Shown here piece after piece: positions 12,106-21,323 of a stretch of DNA of 64,000 bases. The DNA is from Kofleriaceae bacterium (lineage in GTDB: Bacteria > Myxococcota_A > Polyangia > Haliangiales > Haliangiaceae). Under the pieces are notes generated by a model. That model ran no database searches and was not told the DNA's origin. It saw nothing but the letters and a program-made list of their open reading frames with translations. Every line of letters begins with the position of its first letter. Position 1 is the first letter of the stretch. The translations under genes and the position numbers were made by a program. The stretch is from positions 13,894-77,893 of the forward strand of contig JBKJLC010000083.1 in NCBI GenBank assembly GCA_046597055.1, written 5' to 3'.

Positions 12106-15100
12106 GTGACGACGCCGGCGCTCGAGCGATCGCTGCCGTCGGGGCTGGTGACGCTGGGGCCGGTGGTCGATGGCGGCGTGGTCGCGCACGGCGACGACGA
12201 GCAGGCCGAGCACGAGCTGCTGGGGTTCCTCGCCGAGCACCTGGCGACCCTGCCGCCGGCGCAGGCGGCGCGCTACTTCCTGCCCGAGGGCGTCGAGGTG
12301 ATCACGGTGGAGGTCGCGCTGGATCCCGGCCTGCCGACCCGGCTGCGGCCGCCGCGCCTGGTCGGCGTGGCGTGCGTGGTGGTGCCGCACGGGGTCGGCG
12401 AGCGCAGCGAGGCGACCGGGGGTGGGGACCCTGCCAGCTTCGCTGGTGGGGCGGGGGGCAACCCTCCCGGTGGGATCGACCGGTGGGGCTTCGTGCCGGC
12501 GCTCGACGCGTCGTTCTTCGTGCACCGGCGCGAGGACTTCCTCGAGGTCGCGCGCCGCGAGATCGCCCGGGTCGCCCGCGCCCGTGGGCTCGACGGCGAT
12601 GACTGGCGGCGGGTGTTGCCCGCGCTCGATACCCAGGTGGTCCCGCTCGAGCTGACGGTGCGGTTCGCCGCGGCCACCGAGGCCACCGGCGATCGGCTGG
12701 CGGCCGAGCACAGGCGGGTCGCGGCCGAGGTCCTCGACGCGATCGCGGTGCGGCTGGCCGAGCGGGTGCGCGGCGGCGGCGTCGAGCTGGTCGGCCGCGA
12801 CCGCGAGCTGGCGTCGCTCGACGCGCTGCTCGGTGGCCGCGATCGGCTGTCGGTGCTGCTGAGCGGCGACGAGGCGGTCGGCAAGACCGCGCTGGTGCTG
12901 GCCTGGGCGCGGCGCCACCCGGCCCGGCCGGCGTGGGTGACCTCGGTGGCCCAGCTGGTCGCCGGTGCCTCGGGCTTCGGCGAGGCCGAGGCCCGGATGC
13001 AGTCGATCTTCGGCGCCGCCGAGGCGCTCGACGCGGTGCTGTACTTCGAGGACTTCGGCAGCCTGTTCCGCGAGCGGCCCGAGGAGGGCGGCCTCGACGT
13101 CGCCGCGGTGGTCCGCCGGAACATCGTCGAAGGCCGGGTCCGGGTGGTCGCCGAGATCACGCCGTTCGCGCTCGAGCGCGCCGAGCGTCGCGACGTCGGC
13201 CTGGTCGGCGCGATGACCCGGGTGCCGCTGGCGCCGATGACGCCGGCGCAGGCGCTGGTGGTCGCACGCGCCCACGCCACTCACTGGCGGCGGGCCGAGC
13301 CGCGCCGGCCGCAGCTCGCCGACGCGACGGTGGCGGTCGCGGTCGAGCTGGCGCGGCGCTACCTGCCGTACCGGATGTTCCCGGGCAAGGCGGTGCGGCT
13401 GCTCGACGAGCTGCGATCCGCTCGCGACGGTGCGGTCGGGCTCGACGGCGCGCCACTCGAGCTCGGGCCCGAGGATGCCTACGAAGGGTTCTCGCTGGTC
13501 ACCGGCATTCCCACGTTTCTCCTGCGCGACGACCAGGCGATGCGGGTCGGCGAGCTGGTTGCCCGGCTGCGCACGCGCATGATCGGCCAGGACGTCGCGG
13601 TGCAGCGGGTCGCCGAGACGCTGTGCACGGTGAAGGCGCAGCTGCAGCCGGCCGACAAGCCGCTGGCGACCTTCCTGTTCGTGGGCCCCACCGGCGTCGG
13701 CAAGACCGAGCTGGCGCGCAGCCTCGCGCACCTGCTGTTCGGCGGCGAGGAGCGGCTGGTCCGCTTCGACATGAGCGAGTACGCCGATCCGTGGGCGGCC
13801 GAGCGGCTGATCCGCGGTTCCGGTGACGGCGACGGCCTCCTGACCTCGCGGGTGCGCGAGCAGCCGTTCTCGGTCGTGCTGCTCGACGAGATCGAGAAGG
13901 CGCACCCGGCGGTGCACGATCTGCTGCTCCAGGTCGCAGGCGAGGGCCGGCTCACCGATGCGCGCGGCCGCACCAGCTACTTCCACAACACGATCATCAT
14001 CCTCACGTCGAACCTCGGCGCGCACCACGGCGGCGGCGCGGTCGGCCTGCGCGCGAGCAGCGGCGACGGACGCGAGCGCGAGCTCGGCCGCTATCAGGCG
14101 GCGGTCGCGACCGCCTTTCGGCCCGAGATGCTCAACCGCTTCGACGCGGTGATCGCCTTCCATCGCCTGAGCGAGGCCGAGGTCGCCGACGTCGCGTGCC
14201 TGCAGGTCGCCAGGCTGGCCGACCGGCGCGGGCTGGTCCAGGCCGCGGTCGGGCTCGACGTGAGCGAGCGAGCGCTTGCGGCGCTGGCGGTGGGCGGCTA
14301 CTCGGCCGCGTACGGCGTGCGCGCGCTGCGCCGGCACCTCGATGAGCAGGTGGTGGCGCCGGCCGCGCGGCTGCTGGCCCGGGTCGGCAGCGAGGGCCAC
14401 GGCGGGCTGCTCGCGGTGCGGGTCGACGGCGAGCCGGTCGGGCTCGGGCTGTCCGAGGGCTCGCACCTCGGCACCGTCGCGCCCGCCGCCGGGCCGGTCG
14501 AGGCTCCCGCGTTGCGGGTCAGCCTGTACCGGCGGGTCGGCGCCAGCGCGCGCCGCGGTGCCCAGGGCCTGACCCTGCTCGCCGAGGTCCGGCGGGAGGC
14601 CGACACCTGGCTCGCGCGCGATGTCGCCACCGAGGTGCGAGATCAGGTCAGCTGGCTCGAGGCGCAGCTGGCGCAGACCGACGAGTCGCGCGCTCGCGCG
14701 GGACGCGCGGGCCGGTCCCGGCGCGACGTCGGTGGCAAGGCGCGCAAGGAGGCGCTGTCGGCCGAGCAGCGCCAGCAGATGGCGACCGAGCTGCATCGGC
14801 TGCGGCGCGGCTGGGACGACGCCCACGCGGCGCGCGACGAGATCACCGCGGCCGAGGACCTCGGGCTCGAGGTCGCGCTCGCGGGCGGCGCGATCGAGGA
14901 GGTCGCGGCCATGGCCGGGCCGCTGGCGGCGCGGTTCGCGACCGCGATGTTCTGGCTGGCGGTGGCGCGGCTCGAGCAGCGCGACGCGATCACGCTGGCG
15001 CTGTCGGCGCCCGAGCTGTCGGTGCCGCTGGAGCGCTGGCTCGGCGCGCTCCTGGCCGAGGCCCCGGCCCGGCGCTGGACGATCACCGGGCACCTGACCG

Positions 15101-15603
15101 GCGTGCGCGACCCGGCGGTGGCGTGGCCGGAGTCGCGGGTGTGGGGGCCGCCGCGCTCGGCGGCGTGGCTGTCCGAGCGCCTCGCTGGCGAGGGCGGGAT
15201 CCGCAACGTGCTGCTGCGGGTCCGCGGCCCCGGCGCGGCGTGCCTGCTCGGCCTCGAGGCCGGCACCCATCGCTTCGTCGGCATCGCCAAGGTGAGCCCG
15301 TGCCACCTGGTGGTGCGGCGGATCGCCTTGACCGCCGACTTCGACGACGACGCCTGGCTGCGGGTCGGCGCGCTCGCGGCGCCGGCCCAGCCCGGCAAGG
15401 GCAACTTCGAGCGGCTCCATGCGGCGACCGACCACGTGATGGTCATGGGCCGCCGGGTCGAGGTGGCGTGGCCGCGCTACATGGCGCAGCTCGAGGAGGT
15501 CGGGCTGGCGCGGATCGCGCGCGCGCTCGCCGACGACGAGGCGGTCGCCGACCTGTACCCGATCGAGCTGACCGAGCCGGCCGCGCCCGAGACCGAGGCG
15601 TGA
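12106..15603 (+). CDS. Atypical ClpA/B-like double AAA+ ATPase 1 with C-terminal release-factor-like module
   Basis: GTG at 12106 (approximate); D1 LVGRDREL, GDEAVGKT, VLYFEDF, FPGKAVRLLD; D2 GPTGVGKTE, FDMSEY, LLDEIEKAHP, GRLTD, TSNLG, FRPEMLNR, YGVRALRR; C-terminal GIRNVLLRVRGPGAACLLGLEAGTHRF. Confidence 0.9.
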   Translation: MTTPALERSLPSGLVTLGPVVDGGVVAHGDDEQAEHELLGFLAEHLATLPPAQAARYFLPEGVEVITVEVALDPGLPTRLRPPRLVGVACVVVPHGVGERSEATGGGDPASFAGGAGGNPPGGIDRWGFVPALDASFFVHRREDFLEVARREIARVARARGLDGDDWRRVLPALDTQVVPLELTVRFAAATEATGDRLAAEHRRVAAEVLDAIAVRLAERVRGGGVELVGRDRELASLDALLGGRDRLSVLLSGDEAVGKTALVLAWARRHPARPAWVTSVAQLVAGASGFGEAEARMQSIFGAAEALDAVLYFEDFGSLFRERPEEGGLDVAAVVRRNIVEGRVRVVAEITPFALERAERRDVGLVGAMTRVPLAPMTPAQALVVARAHATHWRRAEPRRPQLADATVAVAVELARRYLPYRMFPGKAVRLLDELRSARDGAVGLDGAPLELGPEDAYEGFSLVTGIPTFLLRDDQAMRVGELVARLRTRMIGQDVAVQRVAETLCTVKAQLQPADKPLATFLFVGPTGVGKTELARSLAHLLFGGEERLVRFDMSEYADPWAAERLIRGSGDGDGLLTSRVREQPFSVVLLDEIEKAHPAVHDLLLQVAGEGRLTDARGRTSYFHNTIIILTSNLGAHHGGGAVGLRASSGDGRERELGRYQAAVATAFRPEMLNRFDAVIAFHRLSEAEVADVACLQVARLADRRGLVQAAVGLDVSERALAALAVGGYSAAYGVRALRRHLDEQVVAPAARLLARVGSEGHGGLLAVRVDGEPVGLGLSEGSHLGTVAPAAGPVEAPALRVSLYRRVGASARRGAQGLTLLAEVRREADTWLARDVATEVRDQVSWLEAQLAQTDESRARAGRAGRSRRDVGGKARKEALSAEQRQQMATELHRLRRGWDDAHAARDEITAAEDLGLEVALAGGAIEEVAAMAGPLAARFATAMFWLAVARLEQRDAITLALSAPELSVPLERWLGALLAEAPARRWTITGHLTGVRDPAVAWPESRVWGPPRSAAWLSERLAGEGGIRNVLLRVRGPGAACLLGLEAGTHRFVGIAKVSPCHLVVRRIALTADFDDDAWLRVGALAAPAQPGKGNFERLHAATDHVMVMGRRVEVAWPRYMAQLEEVGLARIARALADDEAVADLYPIELTEPAAPETEA
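12400..12477. repeat. Palindromic REP-like element apparently inserted in frame in ATPase 1
   Basis: Hairpins CCCTGCCAGC-TTC-GCTGGTGGGG (12429-12451) and CGGGGGG-CAAC-CCTCCCG (12452-12469); unusual T-ending codons. Confidence 0.55.
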
Positions 15604-18600
15604 GGCGCACGCTCGCGATCGCGGTCTACGAGCACCGGGTGGACTCCAAGGTCACCTGGTGGCCGCTGGTCCCGCGCGCGTGGGGCGGGCCGATCACCGG
15701 CACCAGCGAGGTCCGCATGCGCGAGGAGTTCGGCAAGCTGGTGCGCGAGGCGCTGCGCCTGGTCGATCCCGCCGAGCACGAGCTGTGGGACGCGCCGCCC
15801 GGCCTGCGCCTGCACCGGCTCCACCTCGATCTGGCGACCCAGGGCCCCAACCCGAAGCGGGTGGCCGGGTCGTTCCCGCTGATCCTCGAGCCGCGCTGGT
15901 TCACCGACGAGCGGCAGCGGCTGCTCGCGTATCACCCGCGCGATCGGTCCGCGTGGTTCGACGCCGACGATCTTGCCGAGGCGGAGGTGCTGGCGCCCCA
16001 CTTCGCCCGCAAGGCCTGGGCGGCGCTCGACGCCGACCAGCTCGAGGAGCTCAAGGTCACCGGCAAGGATCGCCTGCTGGTGGTGTCGTACAGCGTCGAG
16101 CCGACCTCGCTGCTCGATCGGCTCAAGCCCGAGGCGACCGAGCGCGGTCGCGCCGGCCTCGGCCGCGCCACCCGCCGGGTGCTCGGCGACCTCGCGGTCG
16201 ACCAGACCGCGCGCGCGATCGACCGGACCCTGCCGATCGGCGAGCCGCGCGAGCCGTATCGCGGCCAGCTCGGGCGCCTGCTCGGTGGCGACCGGCCGCG
16301 CTCGACCGTGCTGATCGGTCGTCCGGGATCCGGACGGTCGACCCTGCTCGCGCGCTGGGTCGACGATCGGCTGGCCGAGGATGGCTGGTTCCTGCACCGC
16401 AACGCCGATCGCATCCACCGGGTGTGGCGGCTGTCGGGCAAGCGGCTGATCGCCGGCATGCAGTACTTCGGCGACTGGGAGGCGCGCTGTCTCGACGTGG
16501 CCGAGGACGCGCGCAAGCACCGCGGGATCCTGTGGTTCGACGACCTCCACCTGTTCGGGAGGCTCGGCATCACCCGCCAGTCCGAGCGCAGCTTCGCCGA
16601 CTTCTTCCGGGGCCCGGTCCAGCGCGGCGAGCTGGTGGTGATCGGCACCGCGACCCGCGAGCAGCTGGCGCGGCTCGAGGACGACGCGCCCGCGTTCGCC
16701 GGCCTGTTCACGCGGATCGCGATCGAGCCGACCACCGCCGAGCAGACCCGCGCGCTCCTGCTGGCCGAGGTTCGCCGGCTCGAGCGCGAACATCCGGTCG
16801 CGATCCACCCGTTCGTGCCGCGCACGGTGGCCGAGCTGGCGTCGGCGCTGTGGGCGTGGACGGCGGCGCCCGGGGCCGCGGTCGAGCTGCTGCGCAAGCT
16901 GGTCGCGTGGCGGCTGGCGGCCCAGTCGACCGAGGAGGGCGGCGAGCGGCTCGAGATCGGCCCCCGCGACGCGGTCACCCTGGCCGCGCGCGAGACCGGC
17001 CTGCCCGAGCACCTGATCACCCTCGACCAGCCGCTCGACCCGGCCGCGGTCGAGGCCCACTTCGCGGCCCGCGTGATCGGTCAGGACGAGGCGGTCGCGG
17101 TCGCCACCGAGGTGGTGCTCAAGGTCCGCGCCGGCCTGACCGACGCCAGCCGGCCGCTCGGCGTCTACCTGTTCACCGGGCCGACCGGCACCGGCAAGAC
17201 CGAGCTGGCGACCGCGCTCGCCGAGTACCTCTACGGGGATCCGAAGCGGCTCCTGCGCTTCGACATGAGCGAGCTGTCGGGACCCGATGCGGTCGCGCGC
17301 CTCATCGGCGACCGGTTCGCGCCCGAGGGGCTCTTGACCCAGCGCATCCGCGAGCAGCCGTTCGCGGTCGTGCTGCTCGACGAGATCGAGAAGGCCCACC
17401 CGGCGGTGCTGGCGCTCTTGCTCCAGCTGTTCGACGAGGGCCGGCTCACCGACGCGGCGGGCGACGCGGCCAGCTTCCGCCACGCCGTGATCGTGATGAC
17501 CTCGAACCTCGGTGCCAAGGTGGCGGCGCCGATCGGCTTCGGCGACGGCGCCGCGGTGGTGATGGGCGACATCGCGCGCGCGGTGCGGGAGTTCTTCCCG
17601 CCCGAGCTGTGGAACCGCATCGATCAGGTCGTGCGGTTCCGGCCGCTCACGCCCGAGGTCGCGGCCCGGGTGGTCGACAAGGAGCTGGCCAAGCTGCTCG
17701 GCCGCCGCGGCCTGCGCGAGCGCAACGTGTTCGTCTACGCCGGGCGGGCGATCCGCGAGCGCGCGGTCGCGCAGGCGTTCGACAGTCGCTACGGCGCGCG
17801 CACGGTCAAGCGCTGGCTCGAGGACCACGTCGCGACCCGGCTGGCCGAGGCGCTCACCACCGCGCCGCCGGCCCGGATGACGGTCGCGCGCCTGCGCGAG
17901 GACGGCGCCACCGTCGGGGTCGACCTCGAGGTGCTGGCCGAGGTCGAGTCGCTGCCCGGCGACTACCCGATGGCCGAGCTGCGCGAGCTGTCGGCGTCGG
18001 CCCTGGTGCCGCACGCCGAGGCGATGGCCGACGAGATCGACCAGGTCCTGGCGAGCCGCGAGCTGATCGCGCAGGAGGAGGCCGCGCGCACCGGTCCGCG
18101 CGCCGCCGAGGTCCGCTACTACGCCGAGGGCTATCGCGACGAGCTGCTGCGGATGCGGACGATCCTGGTCGGGCAGGGGCCCCCGGCCCGCGCCGGGCGC
18201 ACGCTCGAGGAGTCGGATGACGAGCTCACCCACGATCTCGAGGTCCACGATCGCGAGTCGGTGATCCACCAGTCCTCGTACCGGCGCGGCTACGTCGAGT
18301 CGAAGATCCGCTTCGACCGGCGCAGCCTCGGCCGCGGCGCGCAGCGGTTCGATCAGCGGACCGGGCTCGAGGCGCTGGCGCGGGCGCGGCTCCTGATCGA
18401 TCACGTCGGCGAGCTCGCCGATCCTGACGCTCACGTGGTGACGGTCGAGCTGGCCGCGGTCGGCCGCGGGGTGGCGAGCTGGAGCCTGGCCCGGGTGCTG
18501 GCGTCGCTGCCCCACGACGAACTGGCGGTCCGGACCCGGGATGGTCGGGTCACCACGACCACGCCGGTCGCCGGTGCCCACGTGGTCCACGCGGTGCTGG

Positions 18601-18989
18601 TGGTGCGCGAGCTGTTCGCCGCGCCGGCGCTGGTGGCCGAGCACGGCAGCCACGTGTTCCAGTCGCTCGCGGGCGAGCCCGAGATCGTGCGGGTGTCGGT
18701 CACGCCGGGGCCAGCCGAGCCGCGCGCGCGGGTGCGCGCGCACGAGGTGGCGCTGGCCGGCTTCGAGGCGGCGGTCGCGGCGGGCCAGCCCGGGATCAAC
18801 CCCGAGCCGCTGTTGCCGGTGGTGCGGGTGCTGTCGATCGCGCCGGCGCCGCGCCCCGGTCAGCCGATGACGGTCGACGTCGAGGACTTCATCACCGGGT
18901 TCACCGGCCGGCTGTCGGTGCCCAACGAGCTGGCGGCGATCAACGGCTGCCGCGAGATCCGCTGGAGTCGGGTCGGAGGTCGGCGATGA
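15600..18989 (+). CDS. Atypical ClpA/B-like double AAA+ ATPase 2 with IGF loop and divergent release-factor-like C-terminus
   Basis: GTGA overlap with ATPase 1 stop; D1 GRPGSGRS, ILWFDDL; D2 GPTGTGKTE, LLDEIEKAHP, APIGFG, YGARTVKR; C-terminal AEHGSHVF and VVRVL..VEDFITG. Confidence 0.9.
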   Translation: MRRTLAIAVYEHRVDSKVTWWPLVPRAWGGPITGTSEVRMREEFGKLVREALRLVDPAEHELWDAPPGLRLHRLHLDLATQGPNPKRVAGSFPLILEPRWFTDERQRLLAYHPRDRSAWFDADDLAEAEVLAPHFARKAWAALDADQLEELKVTGKDRLLVVSYSVEPTSLLDRLKPEATERGRAGLGRATRRVLGDLAVDQTARAIDRTLPIGEPREPYRGQLGRLLGGDRPRSTVLIGRPGSGRSTLLARWVDDRLAEDGWFLHRNADRIHRVWRLSGKRLIAGMQYFGDWEARCLDVAEDARKHRGILWFDDLHLFGRLGITRQSERSFADFFRGPVQRGELVVIGTATREQLARLEDDAPAFAGLFTRIAIEPTTAEQTRALLLAEVRRLEREHPVAIHPFVPRTVAELASALWAWTAAPGAAVELLRKLVAWRLAAQSTEEGGERLEIGPRDAVTLAARETGLPEHLITLDQPLDPAAVEAHFAARVIGQDEAVAVATEVVLKVRAGLTDASRPLGVYLFTGPTGTGKTELATALAEYLYGDPKRLLRFDMSELSGPDAVARLIGDRFAPEGLLTQRIREQPFAVVLLDEIEKAHPAVLALLLQLFDEGRLTDAAGDAASFRHAVIVMTSNLGAKVAAPIGFGDGAAVVMGDIARAVREFFPPELWNRIDQVVRFRPLTPEVAARVVDKELAKLLGRRGLRERNVFVYAGRAIRERAVAQAFDSRYGARTVKRWLEDHVATRLAEALTTAPPARMTVARLREDGATVGVDLEVLAEVESLPGDYPMAELRELSASALVPHAEAMADEIDQVLASRELIAQEEAARTGPRAAEVRYYAEGYRDELLRMRTILVGQGPPARAGRTLEESDDELTHDLEVHDRESVIHQSSYRRGYVESKIRFDRRSLGRGAQRFDQRTGLEALARARLLIDHVGELADPDAHVVTVELAAVGRGVASWSLARVLASLPHDELAVRTRDGRVTTTTPVAGAHVVHAVLVVRELFAAPALVAEHGSHVFQSLAGEPEIVRVSVTPGPAEPRARVRAHEVALAGFEAAVAAGQPGINPEPLLPVVRVLSIAPAPRPGQPMTVDVEDFITGFTGRLSVPNELAAINGCREIRWSRVGGRR

Positions 18990-21292
18990 CCCGGCCGAGC
19001 TTCCGCGTGTTCTTCACCGAGCACGACAACGGCAAGGTGTCGGGCGTCGTGATCCGCCGCCGCGAGCTGGTGTTCGACCCGCCGCCGCCGGCAGCGTGGG
19101 GCGACGGCCAGGACGACGTGCTGGCCGCGCTCGAGCCAGGCTTGACCGCCGCGGTCGCCGAGGACGGCCCGGGCCGCTACCTGTTCACCGAGGACCTCGA
19201 GCTGCGCCGGGTGGCGGTCGAGGTCCGGCCCCGGGTGGCCGCCGATGGCGCCTGGGTGCTCGGCAGCCGCACCATCCCGGTCCGGATCGGCTTCGCCGCG
19301 TTCGCCGAGGTCACCGCCGGCACCAGCGCCGGGCGGGCCGCGACCGACGGCGGCTTTCGCGTGCTGGTCCCGCGCCATCGCTGGTCGCTGGTGCTCGAGA
19401 GCCTCGACGACGCCGCCGAGGTGCTGCGCCACGCGGTGTTCGCCGCGATGCTCGGCGACACGCCGGCGAGCGTGTTCGACTTCCGCGCCGGCGTCCGCGA
19501 GTGGATCGAGGTCTGGGAGCTGCCGCACCTGGCCGCGGCCGACGATGAGGCGCAGGAAGCCGAGCCGCCGCCGCCGCCGACCCTGGCCGCGGTCGCCGAG
19601 GACTGGAGCCGCAAGATCCAGCGCAAGCAGCTGGTGCCGCCGGTCGGCGATCCACCGGGCGCGACCGCGCTGGTGGTCGCGCTCGAGCGCACCCCACCAC
19701 GCTCGGTGCTGCTGGTCGGCGACAGCGGGGTCGGCAAGACCGCGATCGTGCGCCGCGCCGCCAAGCACCTCGCCGAGCGGAGCAAGGGCAAGGACAGCGA
19801 GCCGCGGCGGCTGTGGGCGACCTCGGCCGGCCACGTCACCGCCGGCATGGTCTACCTCGGCATGTGGCAGGACCGTTGCCTCACGCTCGCGCGCGAGCTG
19901 TCAGCGACCGAGGACTGGCTGTACGTCGATCGCCTGGTCGACCTGCTGGCGCCGCAGCCCGACGGCGCCAGCATCGCCGACCTCCTGGCCCCGGCGGTGG
20001 TCGCCGGCGAGCTGCGCATGATCGCCGAGGCGTCGGAGTCCGAGCTGGCCCGGTGCCGCCGCCGCAACCAGGCGTTCGTCGACGCGTTCGAGGTGATCCG
20101 CGTCGACGAGCCCGGGCCCGACCAGGTGATCCCGATGCTGGTCACCCACCAGCACCGCAAGGACCCCGAGGTCACCTGGCACCCGGGCGCGCTGCGCCGC
20201 GCGATTGCGCTGCTCGCCGGGTTCCGCCGCGATCTGCGCTTTCCCGGCAAGGCGTTCGGCTTCCTCGACTGGTGGAACCAGGACGCGCACAAGCCGCCGC
20301 GCCAGGTGCGGCCCGGTGACGTCGCCGCCGCCTACGCCCGCTGGTCGGGCCTGCCGATCGAGCTCATCACCGACGAGCGCCCGACCGGGCCGGCCGAGAT
20401 CGCGGCGGCGCTGCGCGCCGGCGTGGTCGGTCAAGACGCCGCGTGCGCGGTGGTCGCGCGGGCGCTGGCGCGCTTCAAGGTCGGCCTCGACGATCCCGAG
20501 CGACCGGTCGCCTCACTGCTGTTCGCCGGCCCGACCGGCGTCGGCAAGACCGAGCTCGCCAAGCAGATCGCGACCTACCTGTTCGGCGCCGGCGACCGCC
20601 TGGTCCGCATCGATCTGTCCGAGTACATGACGCCCGGCGCGGCCGGCCGTCTGCTCGAGGTCGGCAGCGGCGCGACCTCGCTCGCCGAGCAGGTCCGGCG
20701 CCAGCCGCTGTGCGTGGTCCTGCTCGACGAGATCGAGAAGGCGCACCCCGAGGTGTTCGACCTCCTGCTCGGCGTGCTCGGCGAGGGCCGGCTCACCGAC
20801 ACCATGGGTCGCCTGGTCGACTTCCGCATGGCGGTCATCGTGATGACCTCGAACCTCGGCGCCGGCGGCCGTGCCGCGCCCGGCTTCGGCGCGGACGCGC
20901 TCCCCGACCACGCCGCCGCGGTCCGGGCCCACTTCCGGCCCGAGCTGATCGGTCGGCTCGATCACGTCGTGTCGTTCCGCAGCCTGTCACCGGCCGACAT
21001 CGAGCGCATCGTCGACCTCGAGCTGGCCAAGATCCGCCGCCGGCCCGGCCTCGTGCAGCGCGGCCTGACCCTGCGGCTGTCGACCCCGGCGCGCGCCTGG
21101 CTCGCGAGCCACGGCTTCGACGCCGGCATGGGCGCCCGACCCCTGCGCCGGCTGCTCGAGGAGGTCGTGGTCGCGCCGCTCGCCGTCCGCATGGCCGGCG
21201 ATCCCGGCCTGCGCGACCGCCTGCTCGGCATCGTCACGGCCGGCGAGGCGGCCGGGGCCGGGGTGGACGAGCTGATCGTCCTGCCGGCGTGA
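18986..21292 (+). CDS. Atypical ClpA/B-like double AAA+ ATPase 3 (no C-terminal extension)
   Basis: ATGA overlap with ATPase 2 stop; D1 GDSGVGKT, WLYVDRL, FPGKAFGFLD; D2 GPTGVGKTE, LLDEIEKAHP, GARPLRR. Confidence 0.92.
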   Translation: MTRPSFRVFFTEHDNGKVSGVVIRRRELVFDPPPPAAWGDGQDDVLAALEPGLTAAVAEDGPGRYLFTEDLELRRVAVEVRPRVAADGAWVLGSRTIPVRIGFAAFAEVTAGTSAGRAATDGGFRVLVPRHRWSLVLESLDDAAEVLRHAVFAAMLGDTPASVFDFRAGVREWIEVWELPHLAAADDEAQEAEPPPPPTLAAVAEDWSRKIQRKQLVPPVGDPPGATALVVALERTPPRSVLLVGDSGVGKTAIVRRAAKHLAERSKGKDSEPRRLWATSAGHVTAGMVYLGMWQDRCLTLARELSATEDWLYVDRLVDLLAPQPDGASIADLLAPAVVAGELRMIAEASESELARCRRRNQAFVDAFEVIRVDEPGPDQVIPMLVTHQHRKDPEVTWHPGALRRAIALLAGFRRDLRFPGKAFGFLDWWNQDAHKPPRQVRPGDVAAAYARWSGLPIELITDERPTGPAEIAAALRAGVVGQDAACAVVARALARFKVGLDDPERPVASLLFAGPTGVGKTELAKQIATYLFGAGDRLVRIDLSEYMTPGAAGRLLEVGSGATSLAEQVRRQPLCVVLLDEIEKAHPEVFDLLLGVLGEGRLTDTMGRLVDFRMAVIVMTSNLGAGGRAAPGFGADALPDHAAAVRAHFRPELIGRLDHVVSFRSLSPADIERIVDLELAKIRRRPGLVQRGLTLRLSTPARAWLASHGFDAGMGARPLRRLLEEVVVAPLAVRMAGDPGLRDRLLGIVTAGEAAGAGVDELIVLPA

Positions 21293-21323
21293 GTGCCGGG
21301 CAGGCTCGCAGTACGTTGGTTCG

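Noticed and set aside
12106..21292. Calling the ATPases ClpV (T6SS) or housekeeping ClpA/ClpB
   Set aside because: No T6SS genes nearby, no Clp-N or middle domain evident, degenerate D1 and no GYVG loop
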